NCBI GenBank assembly: GCA_002633005.1
Contig: NMRA01000023.1
Location: 1-64,000, forward strand
DNA from: Phoronis australis
Lineage: Eukaryota > Animalia > Phoronida
DNA length: 64,000 bases
Direction: 5' to 3'
Part shown: positions 1 through 14,800 of the stretch, in pieces
Layout: each line of letters opens with the position of its first letter
Position numbering within the stretch: position 1 is the first letter of the stretch
Made by a program: the position numbers and the translations under genes
The notes under the pieces: model-generated
The model's input: only the letters and a program-made list of their open reading frames with translations
Told to the model about the DNA's origin: nothing
Databases searched by the model: none

Positions 1-1180
1 GGATGGGAGGTTGACATGGGAATCGCCGCATCGCAAATGATCTATTTCTAAGGATCATTATAAGGTGCTGCAGTAGTCCAATCAGCCCGAAAACCAAGTG
101 CAGCTGGTGCGTTGTCATCCTATACCTTTGAGTCAAGTTTCACTTAAATCCGTTAATCAGTTCTCTAGATATAATTCGTTAATGCTCTTCCTCTAAACGA
201 TACTTGAAAAAGCCCATTGTCAAAAACATTATTGTGCCTACACATGGTCATCATATAACACTATGTAAAGATGGTAGGATCTGCTTAAAAATATAAAGGT
301 GCCCCGCGTTGCCATTATAAAGCTCTGTGCTAACTTTCATTGCAATTCTTAACTTGGTTCTCTACATATCTGAAAATGCTCCCATACAAAATGGCCACTA
401 GTAGGCACTGCAGTTGTCGAATCTGAAAATCAAATGATGCTGGCCCAATCTCACTGTACATCTAATGTGTTAAGTGTCAATAACATCCGTCCACTGGTTC
501 GTTAGATATCATTCGGAAACACTTCCATCAAATAACACTTCCCTCAAATAACACTTCCCTCAAATAACACTTCCCTCAAATAACACTTCCCTCAAATAAC
601 ACTTCCCTCAAATAACACTTGAAAAGCCCTTGGCAAGAACGAAATGCCCACTAGGAACCACTGCAGCTGTTGAATATGGTCAAAAATCAAATGTTGCTGA
701 CGCAATTTCATCATATACCACTGTGTCAAGCTTCAAAGAAATCCGTCAATCAGTTCTTTAGATATCATCCAGAAATGATGTTCCCCAAAACAACATTTGA
801 AAATCCCTAGTCAATAACAAAATGGCCACTAGGAGGTGCTACAGTAATTGAATCCACCCACAATAATTATTGGTGCCAACACATTGGTGTCACACAACTT
901 TGTGTCAAGTTTCAATCCCTTCTCTAGATATCATCCAGATGACTTCTCCCAAAAATACAGACTAAGCCATGCCCCCTGACCCAAGGGAGTGGGGCAGATT
1001 GAAAAGTTAACCACCTACCATTCTAACAATGCCCTACACCCTTGAGCCAAATTTCATCAAAATCCGACCTGGGGTTTTTGAGATATCAAGCAGACACCGG
1101 GACAACCCAACAACCTAACAAATGGATGCCCTGACCTGGACAAACTGACCACAATATACTACCATGGGTGCATAAACATC
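1..1180 (+). repeat. Modular interspersed repeat (Helentron-associated HINE-like), copy 1
   Basis: Recurring aaatggccactag..gg..c and aa(g/a)tttca...aatccg modules, shared with 6905-7900, 20865-24425 and 36375-37450. Confidence 0.55.
519..620. repeat. 16-bp minisatellite (aataacacttccctca) x~6
   Basis: Direct inspection. Confidence 0.9.
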
Positions 1181-1507
1181 TCTTCACAGATATCCCTTCT
1201 AGTCTCAATACAGACCAGTTTTCTTATGAAAAGTTTGTTTTTTTAAAAACAGAAGGCGGTTCATACCAGTAATCTTACGACCACAACAAGAAACACTTCC
1301 CTGCTTTCTGGTTAACATGGAAGAGTAAAAGACATCAATGTATAGAAAAGAACTTACAACGCTCCATGCAAGTGCCACAAAACGCAACGAACAGAAAATG
1401 AAACAATCAACAAAATCTCACTCATCTGGTTTTCCTCAGATCCTGCTCATTATACAAATGGTTGCAAAGTCAACCCAGGCAGTTATATAGAGGCTTCCAA
1501 TGTAGCT

Positions 1508-2110
1508 TTAAAGGCGAAGGCAACCTTTTTCATGTCATTTTTAGCAAAAGTAAATTTCTATGATTACCCAAGAGATATTTTCCACTTAACTACAGCTTTT
1601 CGTAATTTGATTAATTATTAGTTCACTACTCCGGAAGTGACGTTTTGGGAGGCAAGGATTTTGCGTCAATTTCTTTTCCCATAGTCTCACTACATGAGCG
1701 TTGTCGAGTCAGTCATTCATGTACCTCGGTTGTAATAAGTTGAGTCGTCGTTTGCTTTTGTTTACGAGTCAGTCAACACGCCACACTGTTGCTGCATACC
1801 GGAATGTACTCATTATGGCCCAAAGCCTGCTGCGATGTTGAGTAGTGGGAGTGAATACAGGCCCCGTTCAAAACCCAGTGAAGAGGACAGTTCATCGTTC
1901 AATGAACAGATCGGTGAGCCAAACTTTGATAAGTTCATAGTGGACTTGTCTAAAGTATTGGAGCTGGTTAGAAGGTGCCAGGTTTGAGGCGAGGGAGTCA
2001 CACGGCGGGGTGTAAACAGTTTGTGTGCTCAGGTCACTATCAGTGGGAGTGTGTCGCGGACACTCGGCCAATTGGGACAGTAATGTTCCTCTGTCCTTGA
2101 GACGATAATG
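1508..2110 (+). mobile_element. Possible Kolobok-like DNA transposon left end with transposase relic
   Basis: TTAA followed by AGG...; degenerate DKFIVDLSKVLELVRRCQV*...WEC...GHSANWDS; family assignment is from memory and no right end was found. Confidence 0.4.
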
Positions 2111-2641
2111 AGTACATCTCAGGCATGTTTTTAATATCCATGGAATAATATAAAATTAGTGAATGGTCCAACAAAGGTCCACTTCTTGGTTCTAAATTTG
2201 CTTCCATTCAGCACTCCTAATAACCTACTCTTTATTGAACTTGACATAGTCTTCGGAGCTGGTATGTGTTTGCTTAACAGAAGTACACACAGAACCAAGA
2301 TTATGACCGTTTATTTACTTAAATCACTTTGTTCTGCTCCACTCATGTGACAACAGGGAAAATCCATTTCTATGGTAACCAAGGACTTTATTTTATATAA
2401 GGTAACATAAAAACAGTACCCTATGTTTGTTGTGTTCGTAGAACCAGTAAAATATATTACGTCTATTCACTTGGAGAACTAATACACGACTGGGACGAGC
2501 ACGTGACCTGTGGGCATAAATACCACGTGACTAATAATATTCTAAGGAGAACCACAACTAGTATTGTCAATACACAACAATGTTGCTTTACCCTTGCAAC
2601 ATTTAGCTAAACCCATTTGAGCCAAACACGATGAGACTTAC

Positions 2642-2807
2642 CAACTTTGATTGGAACAGGGCCTGCCATGAATCTCCATTGTAATTCAAAGAATGTAATA
2701 TCCTTAGTGGGCACAGGTACCTTGCCAGACAGACAAAACTCCGAGCCACCAGGAAATTCCCCTGCCGTTCCAAACACGGCAGTTACGAGGTATTCAACCA
2801 TGTCCAT
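2642..2807 (-). CDS. Exon 31, last exon seen in the window ([55 protein letters not shown])
   Basis: Acceptor tttttgtag, donor G|gtaagt; phase 0 to 1; no stop, so the gene continues beyond the window. Confidence 0.82.
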
Positions 2808-5800
2808 CTACAAAAAGAATTTAAATCCATTTTCCAAGGAAATTATTTTAAATATTCCTTTCCAAAATAATTTCTTCACAAGAAACCTAAATTTGCATAA
2901 AAGTAATGAATAAGCTGGGACAACAACTGGGTATTAAAAGATTATAACTGACTTGCATTTTTAACACCCATGTATAGCCTAATGTACTTCAGTGGTTAGT
3001 TTGGACTCTCAATAGAAAGGTTGTATTAGATCAATTCCTGAATGTTGTAGTCATGTAGTTGTGGCCATGAGTACGGCAGTTATAGTTGACATAGCTCATT
3101 TGTTTGATGTATTAGTTAGAATGAAGGTCACTAAATAAGGTTTGAGTTAGAATGAAGGTCACTAAATAAAGTTTGAGTTAGAATGAAGGTCACTAAATAA
3201 GGTTGGAGTTAACAGTGCGAGTTAAATGCATAGTAAAGAGGTAGACTTCAGAGCAAAGCATACAATGGGAACACCTACGGTATAGCCCAGCAATCAGGCG
3301 CACGTGCCTAGATGCGAGACCACACCTTATTGCGGAAATTAGGCTCATGCAACTATTTGAGGGACATTTGAGTAGAACTTGTGTTGATTATGTTGCTCCA
3401 TATACAGGCGCACCTTCGATGTTTTAAAACACACTCCAAGTTTGCATGTGGATTATAGTGCAAGTTCTTTACAATGACATATTGCCGAAGAACCTATTGC
3501 TTGTTCAGACAATGAATCCACATCGATCACTTCATCTTCGCAGACGGCGAGTCATTAGACACAGTAGATTTGGATTAGACATGAAAGCCAATGCTACGGT
3601 AGTAGACAGTCAGACTGAGCAATCAAGACTCGATTGCAATTAAAACGTAGCAGAAAATTTTTCAGATGAGGAGATAAACCAAGTGTTATATTTTACATGT
3701 ATGTTGTTCTTGAAAATAAAGCTTGTAATGAGTTTTAAAACTGACTTTGTATTATTTTTCATTTATTGTTCCTGTACTTGCCCAGAGTGTCACTAGCGCC
3801 ACACACTACGTGAAATACAATGCAGTGTATTATTTAAAATCATTCAAGGCGTGCCTATAACTGGAGCACCGCCTGCAACTAATTGCAGTGTATTATTTAA
3901 AATCATTCAAGGCGTGCCTATAACTGGAGCACCGCCTGCAACTAATTGCAGTGTATTATTTAAAATCATTCAAGGCGTGCCTATAACTGGAGCACCGCCT
4001 GCAACTAATTGCAGTGTATTATTTAAAATCATTCAAGGCGTGCCTATAACTGGAGCACCGCCTGCAACTAATTGCAGAACTCAGAGGCATGCGCCTATAT
4101 GCAGGACATTTGAGTAAAAAATCTAGCGAAAAAATGCAGTGATCCGCATATAGGTGCATGCACCTAATTACGGGGCTATATGATAACTACGATGCAATCG
4201 GAGTAATTGGCAGGTGTCACTGCGTTGGTCAACAGCTGTGGTTAATATCATGTTCTAATATTTATTATTTTGGAAGTAGCATTCCGTTTCACTTTTGTAT
4301 GTGCTGAATTCTTTACATTTCCATGACAGCAAGTAGCAGCATATATTAAAGAGAGAATGCAGTGACCACCTAGCTAGGCCCAGCAACAAGTAATGAAGCA
4401 CAGACACAGTCAGTTACTGGGAGTGACAATGAACTAGACCAACAATGACAACCTGTGGTGAGCCAGTTGCCTATTGAGATTGGGTGGCCTGGCCACTGCA
4501 TTCTCTCTTCTGATGATGGTGTTTGAATAAATGACACCGAAACGTCAAGTCGACTTAAAACCATTTTTTGTTGTCTTTAATTCTTTACATTAAAAATATA
4601 ACTGAACATATAATGTGCGCAAAATAAGTTCCTCAGCCGTACACAATACCACCTTTGTTCGGATCAGCTGTTAGCCTACCCAAGAGTGAACGTAATATTT
4701 AATACGTCACCTTCCTGTACATCATCATCGTTGATGTTCTAGTTTCCAATTGGGGAGAGGCGTTAGGTGCCATTCCCCTGGACTGTCTGTTAGAGCCATG
4801 AAATGTACAACATCACCTTCTGATCTAGAATAACGATCAATTAGACTTGACCAACAAGCCTAATGTGTTGTTACACAATGCGGTGAAAGTAAGCAGGTCA
4901 GGCCACACAAAGGTATCAGCAGTTGCTCTGAAAGCCAACCGTTTTTATCCGTTTGAAGATTTTTGGAGATAGATACAAAAATCTTCATCACGGCATTTGT
5001 TGAATGTTGTTTGGACAACAGGCACTAAGCCTTTTACACAGGATGAGTTCCATCAAGACATCAGCTTGCAGTTGAAGTGAAAAATCATTCCTATGGAACG
5101 GAAACAGTGGATTCAATCCCACAATTCAACACACCAACCTTGCTGACCCATCACACAATCCTGCTAGTAGGCTTGCACTCACTTTTCATTCGCGTGATTC
5201 TGCACTTTCTAACAACAAACTAAGTCTATGTAATGCTCTCTGTGGTTTGATGAGCTTGTACAACAACTATGGCAGACACTGAATGTCTTACATTGGAAGC
5301 CATGGCGTCTCTAATTTCGTTCATCAGTTGCATAATTTCATTACTTTTCTGTCCACACATAATTAGTTCCGTCGACAAGTCGTTCAACGATAACGATTGA
5401 AAGCCCCGGGCGCTGAGAGTATCATCCGATTCACCAACTGAAAGAACCAAAATAACCCAATACAATACGTGACCACTTCGACAGCATGACTCACCACATT
5501 TTTCAATATTAGATATTACAAACGAGTAGTTTCTAAATATTCACGAAACCAAGCCATGAGTCTTCACAACAATATTACACACATCTCCTACTTGACTTCA
5601 ACTCAAGGACAGCATTTTTCAAATCTAGATATCAATCCCAGCACTTGTCTGGCATCACTCACAAACACTGGTACACAGGTCAATTATCAATCAAGTTTCA
5701 AAGAGCCAGCTACTATTGAAGTCATGGCTGCTGTTATTGCAGAAAGAACTCAAATTAGCATTCATGATAATGTAGTAGATTGGCACTGGTGGTTCCTGAC

Positions 5801-8800
5801 ATATTTGTTGAGAAAGTATGAGCCACTGTGTTTTTAATGAAAATTCCCAGAAAATTCCTTGAGCAGACAAACCCTAATACACCACATCCAACACAAAGCA
5901 AGCATTTTGCCTATTTCTGGTATTTAAATGGTACTAGGCTTTTTTAACACAAACTGATGATAGCGCACTTTGAGGGCAATGCATTACTATAATGAGCAAC
6001 AACGTACCATTTTCGATGCCGCACATGAACCTAGAAAATGATGGAATCTGGAATGTGATGTTGCCGAATATGTGTGAGTCGGGGATACACGTGGTCAGGA
6101 AGGAAGAACAGAGCAGTGTCTTGGCAATCAGAAAGATGTGTGTTCTGTTGGCCGTCACATCGAAATAGAACCTGGCGATCATGGTGTCAAATGTGGAGCT
6201 CACATCTACATTGATCACCTTGATTTTCTCTGCAATAAAATGGCAGTGCATATAAAACAGCTTGACATGATTTCCAAATCCTAAGTATATTTATTACTTG
6301 GCCAGTCCTTTACAAAGCAACTGTAACTGGCCTATCACAAAAGGGTAACTTTGTGTGCAAATTGTATTATACACCGTCTAGTACTCAGGGTCAGATGACT
6401 CGGCCATTTCCAACACCTAGCGGTAATTTCGGTAATATCATACTGCCACATAACGTAAAATTGCCGTGAGGACTTGACAGGGACCTCAGGGGTCTCACAC
6501 GCCACTGATTTATCCACATTATTTTGAAAACGCTTTGCCCAGTTACACATTGTGTGTCATAAAGGAGATAAGCATATCAGCAGCTAACACAGCAAGTAGA
6601 ACTACTCTCGTTTATCACATTGGTGTACACTCACAGTTGAACTGTGGTTTCCTGTAGACCCCAGACCGTCCCGAGTTGCACCATATACCAACTCTGGACG
6701 GTCTCTCACAACGATTAAGCGTTGTGATGAATTAGGCCTATGAAACGTCTGTGTGGAACTGCGATTACTAGCAAAACTTAGGTACATGAGACAATATTGG
6801 AAAGGCTTAGATAATAGAAGCTGCAAAAAGGCATCATGTTGGATATAAGCCCATGGGCCTAAAGGCATCATATTGGATATAAGCCCATGGGCCTAAAGGC
6901 ACCCCAATACCGTACAGTAAAACCATTTACCAAATTTTTTAAAAAAACACCAAGGAACTGCCATTAGGGGTTACAGCCAAGGAGCACCAAAGACACAGAG
7001 GACAATGAAAAAAATAAAACTGGACACAGCGGCAGTCGGATATATCCAAATGTACGTAGTCATTGTCTGTTTTTTCAAATCCATAAAATTAAATGCACTT
7101 GTCAAATTTAATAAAGATCCTGCATAGGGTTTGGTAGATTCAGACATAGACACAAAACCTGCCACTAGGAGGTGCTACAAAGGCATAAATAATATGTAAA
7201 AAAAATAAATTGTCAGAAAGCCAAATGTAAAAAATAAATTACCATTAGGAAACACAGTGGTAGAGGAAATCTGCCAAGGAGTTTCGAAGAAACACAGAAC
7301 AACAAAAATAATAAAATTGCCCATAGAGGGCACAACATTCGTCAGATCCATCCAAATATCGTCGTTGTCCATTCTCAACTTTATATCAATACACTTGCGA
7401 AATCAAATAATGATCCTTCAGAGGGGTTTGGAGACATAGCCATATACGCAAATAAAACTGCCGCTAGGTCAAGCACCACAGTAATGATCGTCAACTGTCC
7501 TCTTCACAGTAGAAGCATATACGCCAATTTTCATATTAATCATCCTTAAGAGCAGTTTGGTTGATAGAGGGCGCCAAAAATAGACCCAAAAATGACCATT
7601 AGTTGGCACAAAATACCTCAAAACCATCCAAAAATGATGGGATAGTATGACTTCAAGTCAAATAGATGCCTTATAACCAAATTTTATAAAAATTTGTTGT
7701 GGGCCTTTGAAAATAGAGAGGTACACGTAAAACACTAAAATTGCCACTAGGGTACACACCGCTAAAATCTGTCCAAAAGTTCGCCTATGACATCTCATTC
7801 ATGAAGGGGACATTCGAGCAAAATCTCATGAATATTCACGGAAGGGTTTTGCAGAAAGAGCAACAGACACCAGACGCCAGCGGACAGACACTCAGCTAAA
7901 TGTTTTACAGTATGGGACAGACTCCAAATATGGAATGCTGAAATTCAAACCCAAATAGAATTTACTTGATTATGAAGTTTGGGAAGTGGGTAATTTTGGC
8001 ATTCACAATATTTCTCAAATAATGGACACTGTAGTTGGTATCAACAAGGTCTGAAGTAAAATCATCAAAAAGAGATGCCACTGCAAAATTCGTCTTTCTC
8101 ATAACTCTTCCAATATTTCACCGTCTCAAACCGTTGAATTTTTACTGTATGTTTTACACTCACCGGATAATTTCATTTTCATAGTTGTCTGATTCGCTCC
8201 TACTCCAACTTTGAAGATCAACTTTGGCCCACAGATGTCAACACGGGTGTCTAGTTGCACCCAATGTTGGAGACACATGTACTTGATAGGCACGGCACAC
8301 GTCAGACCCAAGCAGTCATAGTGAGGCTCACAGTAAACGTCAAGACCAGTCATGATTCCGCCCAAGAAATGAGGACACACTAGAAATGGAAATAGACTTG
8401 CCTCCACTTGTATTGTGAAAGATTGCATACCATTCCAGATAAATATCGAGCAAAAAGTTAAATGTCTAGAAATCAAAAGGTACCATATATGCACAAGTCC
8501 AGATAAAAACATAATGTAAAGCCTTTAAGTTTGTGAAGGGTGAGCCTATACGTCTGTGAAGGGTGAGCCTATATGTTTGTGAAGGGTGAGCCTATATGTT
8601 TGTGAAGGGTGAGCCTATATGTTTGTGAAGGGTGAGCCTATATCCCGAACTAAGCGCGTGTGACTTAGTAGTATATGCAAAACACTTTTAATACAGAAAG
8701 CCACAAGTAAACAAAATAAAACATTTTCATAATGCAACTGACAGATCACAGTTTGTTACATGATGTGTTCAACTAATAAGCAGCATCAAACAAATGCTTT

Positions 8801-11800
8801 CCAAAAGTTTTTGATTTGGGTCGCTTACGATATGATTATACAATTGGTCGGACCATTTACAATTTCAGGTTTGGACAAACTGGTCGTTCATTATTTCCAC
8901 AGACCAAGTAAAGAACATGAAATTTCAAGTGACACCATTGTGAGCTAGCTAGGTTTAACTGTCAGTCCTTTCCTAAAACCCAAAAATGACACGTCTTGTC
9001 TATGGAACAGTTTAAGACAAATTTCATAATCGTCAATAGCCTAAATCCAAAATTGTGTTTTTATGGAAAATATGGGTTTAATGCCGATTTAAGAATAAAT
9101 AAGCATCAACTGGACAAAAACAGCAGATTAACACAAATATTGCACACGAACATGTGAAACTTGTAGCACAACATAATACAACAAAGGCACAAACAGGCAC
9201 AGAAAAGATAATTTTGTTTGCTCCACATAAAAAACTCTCAACTAAAAGTGGTGTTGATGTCTATGTTGATGTCTATGTTGATGTCTATGTTGATGTCTAT
9301 GTTGATGTCTATGTTGATGTCTATGTTGATGTCTATGTTGATGTCTATGTTGATGTCTATGTTGATGTCTATGTTGATGTCTATGTTGATGTCTATGTTG
9401 ATGTCTGCGTTGATGTCTATGTTGGTTGCTACACATAGGAGCAATGGTATTATGCTTGGGCAGTATTTACATCTGCATCTGACGTTGAACCAGGCCCTCC
9501 TTGTTGCAGTGATACTGGGCAGGTCGAATGAGGATTCAGCATACATTAAACTGTAATGCTTTTAAGCATGATAAATATTAAATAGGCTAGCTCAGGAACC
9601 TGTTCCAAGAAACCAACTTAAAGTCTAAGTTAGGTGTAAGATAAGACGATAAATGCTTCAGTCATCCAGTTGAGTAAATAACATGCAGAAAATTAAATCA
9701 ATTACTGGACTTACGGGTTGAGTACGTTTGTGCCAGGGAACTCATATGAGGGGCCACAATATTCCTGTTTCGTTCAAACCCATCAACACCACACAAACCC
9801 ATCAACACCACACAAACCCATCAACACCACACAAACCCATCAACACCACACAAACCCATCAACACCACACAAACCCATCAACACCACACAAACCCATCAA
9901 CACCACACAAACCCATCAACACCACAAGGAGTCGGCTAATGAATGAGAAAGACAATACCACGAAAGAGAAAAAATCAAATGTTGTGTGTCGTATTTCATG
10001 CTCGGTGTAAAGAAGCATATGTTGAGGAAACCAAACAAGCCGTGCAAGTCGGATCAGTCAACATCACAGACCCAGTTACGGAGACTGCAATGATTGGTTG
10101 GTTTTCAGTCACATAGCTGGTATGGACCACTCTTTCTCCATGGACGATGTCACAATTCTGGATAGGGAAGAGAATTGGTTCAAGAGAGGAGTTAAGGAAG
10201 CAATATCTGAATGAGTGGAGAATCCCAGTTTAAACAGACAAGGGGGCCTGACGTTTCTGTAATCAAGAACTTGGGATAGGACGCTAAAGAGTATCCCACG
10301 CAAACTGTGCTGTCGATCACATGATGAATCACGTGACACCTCAGTGGCCTGCCGAAGTCCTCGAGATGAGGACGCAAAAAACGTTTTCAATCTGTAAGTC
10401 CAGTAATTGATTTAATTTTCTGCATTATTAAGTGTAAGATTTGTCTCAAATTCCACATCCTGTAAGTTACGCCAAATTTAACTTAATTTGAAGATATAAC
10501 TTATGTTTTTCTTAAGAACATTCCAGTAAAGTGATCTTGAGTTTGACTTATGATTTTGGCTTAAGTTTTATCTTAAAGATTTGTCTTAGCTAACTAAAGT
10601 CAGTTTTCATGAAACAAGTCCCAGCCTAAGTCACTTAATGTTATGTAGGACACTAGAAAATGTCCAAAACGTAATTCAACAAGATTGCAACTTTCAGAAA
10701 ATATAGTTTTACCTATTTGATATATCCAATAGACTAAACATACACACACACATACACTTGTTGAAAATGTCTGGCCTTCCTTAATGCACCACTAATAATT
10801 ATATTTTTCTCATATTCCCCGTGTGCCAATTATATTGAATATACGGCCTAAAAGCTACAAAGCATCAGTATGTGAAATTAAGGAAATACATGCCATGTTG
10901 CCAATAAAATCCAATTAACAGTAATTTCAAAGTTATGGTATCCTAATCCAATATAAAAGAGCTATATCCCGTCATTGGTGAACAACACGTTTGCACATAT
11001 CACTCATCTAGGTCACCCTTAATTAACTCAGTACATATAGGTCACTCCTTAATCACCTCATGTCATTAGGTCACCTATTAATTACTGCAAGTCATCTAGG
11101 CCACCTCTTAATTACCTCATGTCATCTAGGTCATCCTTTGATTATTCACCTCATGTTTACAGCAGAATAAAATATATGAATTTATAATGGATGAATTAAG
11201 TGATGAATATGACTATATTCAGACTTTATTAACAGTTAAGAAAGATTAATAAAATTATCTTGGTAGGTATTACGAGGATAAATAACAGAGCTTTATCTTG
11301 GCATGTATTGCAAAGATTAATAAAACAGACTTATCTTGGTATTTTCTGAAGAGCAAGAGGCTAATTAGTTTAGACATGAAATTCCCACCAAGTAGCTTTG
11401 CACAAAATGAGATCAGTGTGTAAAATAAGTGGAGCATTGCCATAGATAACCTTAAGTGTACACCTTTAAGGTGTTCTAAGCATAACAATTCACAACTGCT
11501 ATGCAATAACAGCTCTGAGTTGTATAAACTGGACCTACTTTTGTATACCGCCTGGTAGAGCTTGTTTATCAGCGCCACCCTGTAGCCATAACCATCCTCG
11601 CCATAATCTCGTAACTTCCTGTTAATGGTGCTTGGCGACCACATCGTAGGGTGGATCACGGTGAATGTGTCTGTAACAAAAATGCTGTTTGTTGAGAATA
11701 CAAGACTTGACCTTTATGTACAGGTCGCGGTAACTTTGTTCACAATCAATCCATTTTATTTCTAGTTAATGTACAAGACAAGAAAGAATTTTATTACGTG

Positions 11801-14800
11801 ATAAACTATGAAAAGCATATTAGGATTTTAGACTCGGCACTGCAGTTCAAGCTGCATTTTGGCCTGTTTAGATGTTCCTTTGTCAGCCAATGACAGAAGG
11901 TAATATAAACAAGTAATATATTGAAAGTTTCATTAACTGAGGAAAAGGTGACCATTCATATATATTTTATGATTTGAGTTCTAATAAAGCTTATGTATGA
12001 AACTTAGGTGCATGCACCAATATGCGAAACATTTGGGTAAAAAAAGCCACGAAAAAGGTATTATTTTGGATATAAGCCGATGGTCCTAAAAGCGAGACAA
12101 TATGGTAAAAGCTTGATTGATATGGAGATGACAGCAATATGGAACCGTAAAAATTGGAATTATTGTTAATTATTGTGAAATTACTCAATTTTAACTGTGT
12201 AGTAGCCATGACACAAAACAACATGAAGATGGAAATTTTGCTCTGCTACTTCAATCTGTTCTCCTACTTGTACTAATTCTTGATATTATTTCAACTTCTG
12301 ATAATTTCTATCATCAACATGGTAAAAATGATGTATGTATTCCTAAATACTTGAAGCTATGAATGAAACATGACATAAAATTGCCATTTACATTGAATAC
12401 CAGCCTGGAACTACTCATTATCCAATGAATCCAAACATCTCATTTCCATATCTTTGTGAGGCTTATATCTCCAGCTGAAGACAGAATTGAAGTCAATAAA
12501 AGTTTGATATACGTAAACTCTGTTATAGTGAACTGTCTGACGCAAACTGACAATCGGTAACTTTTTACATTCTTAATATATGTGGAATCACTAATTCTTG
12601 AAAATGTGTACGGTACATCTTCAAGATGCAGTTTTATACTTTTGTAACAGGAGTGCCCTGGACATGATTATGTAAGTAAGATATATGCGCTCTCTAGTGG
12701 TCAAGCTGTGTATTACGTATGGAATTTTCCTATGATGTTGAGTCCTTTGGACATGGCCAAATATGGTCAGAAGCTAGGAGCTAAGGGCCTTGCCCTTCAG
12801 ATCGTGTCTGATTGGTTGAAATTGTGTACTTAAGCTTTGTCTCTGTCAGACACGAGAGAGTCCAGTCGCAGAGTTCAAGAAGCAAACATTTACACCTTCA
12901 CTGACACCAAATTGCAACTGTTTGTGCAGCTTTCGGGCTCCTCCCGAACTTGGTTGCCAACAGTTTAGCCCCATGCAATTCTCGGGCTCCTCCCGAGCTT
13001 GATTGCATCTCACCTTTCGGATCTGAATAACCAAATTGCCCCGTTCTTGCACACACAACTATTAATCAGCGACTGGCTTGCCCGTGTATCAGAACTGTAT
13101 AAATCACAACGCTGCGATACTAAGTTATGGAACAACTGGATTGGTTGTAAGTGTGGAATATTGTAGTTATATGTTCTTACAATAAACCTATGTATTATTC
13201 ACCAACTTTTAGTTTTCAACATCACCCTCAGTCCGCACCGGGCTCGTAAAATCGGGGCGCCTTGGTCGTAGATACCGCCCCCGTTACACTTTGATTGGCA
13301 GGACTGTTACTTTATGTACCAGCTAGCAGCGCTTGATTACCTGTAGTTCTGCATCAAGTACATTTTCAATGAATATCGCAAACAGAAATAAAATCCAGAT
13401 AATTAGCATTGTGCAAAGTAGTGGCCGGGATATCTAGACCTCGCCCGTACAACGTTTGATGTACAAGTCAGTGAAAATGGGAAATTCATACAATATTTCA
13501 ATATAAAAACATTACTACGGTTCACAGCATAACCATTGCTCGTGAAGCATATGCAGGACCCCAGAAAAATGGTGAAATTTGGAAAATCATATCTCAGAAA
13601 TAGATGGTGAGATTCTTAAGAAACATTCACATAATATGCCTTATGTAGTGTTCTACAAACACTTTGAATAAATATAACAACAATTTCTAAAATGTAGTGA
13701 CATGTTTCGGCAGCAAATCATCCACCAATGTCAAGCTTGATTCAGAAAATGGGTGTCAGGATGGCTATACGTAACAATACACAGACAATGGATGCCAGGA
13801 TGGCTATAAGTAACAATCAACAGACAATGGATGTCAGGATGGCTATACGTAACAATCAACAGACAATGGATGTCAGGATGGCTATACGTAACAATCAACA
13901 GACAATGGATGTCAGGATGGCTACACGTAACAATACACAGACAATGGATGTCAGGATGGCTATACGTAACAATACACAGACAATGGATGTCAGGATGGCT
14001 ATACGTAACAATACACAGAAAATTCCAAAACATGCAAAAATACCAGAACACGAATGGCTAGCAATCACAACTCAGTGTAACAGTGTCAACGACTCATGGG
14101 AAACCTGTGCATTGATTGAGGGTGGTTCTGAACACCAAATGTAAATGGCTTAATTCATGCAGTTTCAAACCATCATGTCGTGAACACATCCACTAAAACA
14201 AGAAACTGTAGGAACACCGCATTTGTCCACCTTCACTCTTATCAGGCTTCTATTGTGAGTCAGCACGCGTGAATAATTGGCTGATAAGACACCTCTGGAA
14301 CTACTTTTGGCTGAATGGATGACCACGCCATAAAATGATAATTAGCCAAGACCAGTTACTATAATGCAACAAAGAATAATGTCTTGCATCACCTAGCCTT
14401 GGTGGAAAGCTGTATACTGTATTGGCTCAAACAAACGCTTAGCAAAATTCATTTCACAGGGAGGGGATGCTTATTGTAGTGAGCCTACGGCAGTTGAAAC
14501 CCGGTTTCCCAAACGGGTAAAATCGGAAGCTAGGATTCATCAAATTTACGCTCTGTGACGTATTTGTAGCCTATGATAGCCTTTCTACGAAATTGTGGTG
14601 CATTGCTATCAACTTCCGTTGTTAAATTACGATAATTTTTCAAAAAATTGTGCTCATCACAGGGCGAAAACTTGCCGACTGATGCGTCGCTGAATCGCGA
14701 TCGTCAATAGGAAAACTTGTACTCTTGAATAAAAAATTAGTTTCGACTCAACAAATTACCTGAAATCTTCCTGATGTTTTACAATTTTTAAAGTTCATGT

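Larger units (their letters stand above)
9593..10624. mobile_element. MITE (PIF/Harbinger-like TIRs) interrupted by the Penelope fragment
   Basis: Imperfect TIRs caggaacctgttccaagaaa / tttcatgaaacaagtcccag; superfamily is an inference. Confidence 0.45.

Noticed and set aside
3821-4077. Regular repeats here, at 13754-14018 and at 62012-62479 as CRISPR arrays
   Set aside because: Units are contiguous with no unique spacers, there are no cas genes, and the context is a eukaryotic spliced gene
4680-5025. Candidate exons between exons 30 and 31
   Set aside because: Weak splice sites and incompatible phases; exons 30 and 31 join directly in phase 0
9154-9556. VDVY, MLMS, INID and HQHR repeat ORFs, and a possible exon at about 9470-9550
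   Set aside because: 12-bp tandem repeat; exons 27 and 28 already join in phase
11270-11538. Read-through of exon 27 as a terminal exon (ORF 11270..11659)
   Set aside because: Downstream exons 28-31 continue in phase, and the extension looks like AT-rich intron sequence
12400-12474. Candidate exon after a cttcag acceptor
   Set aside because: Stop codon in the frame required by exon 26; exons 26 and 27 splice in phase without it
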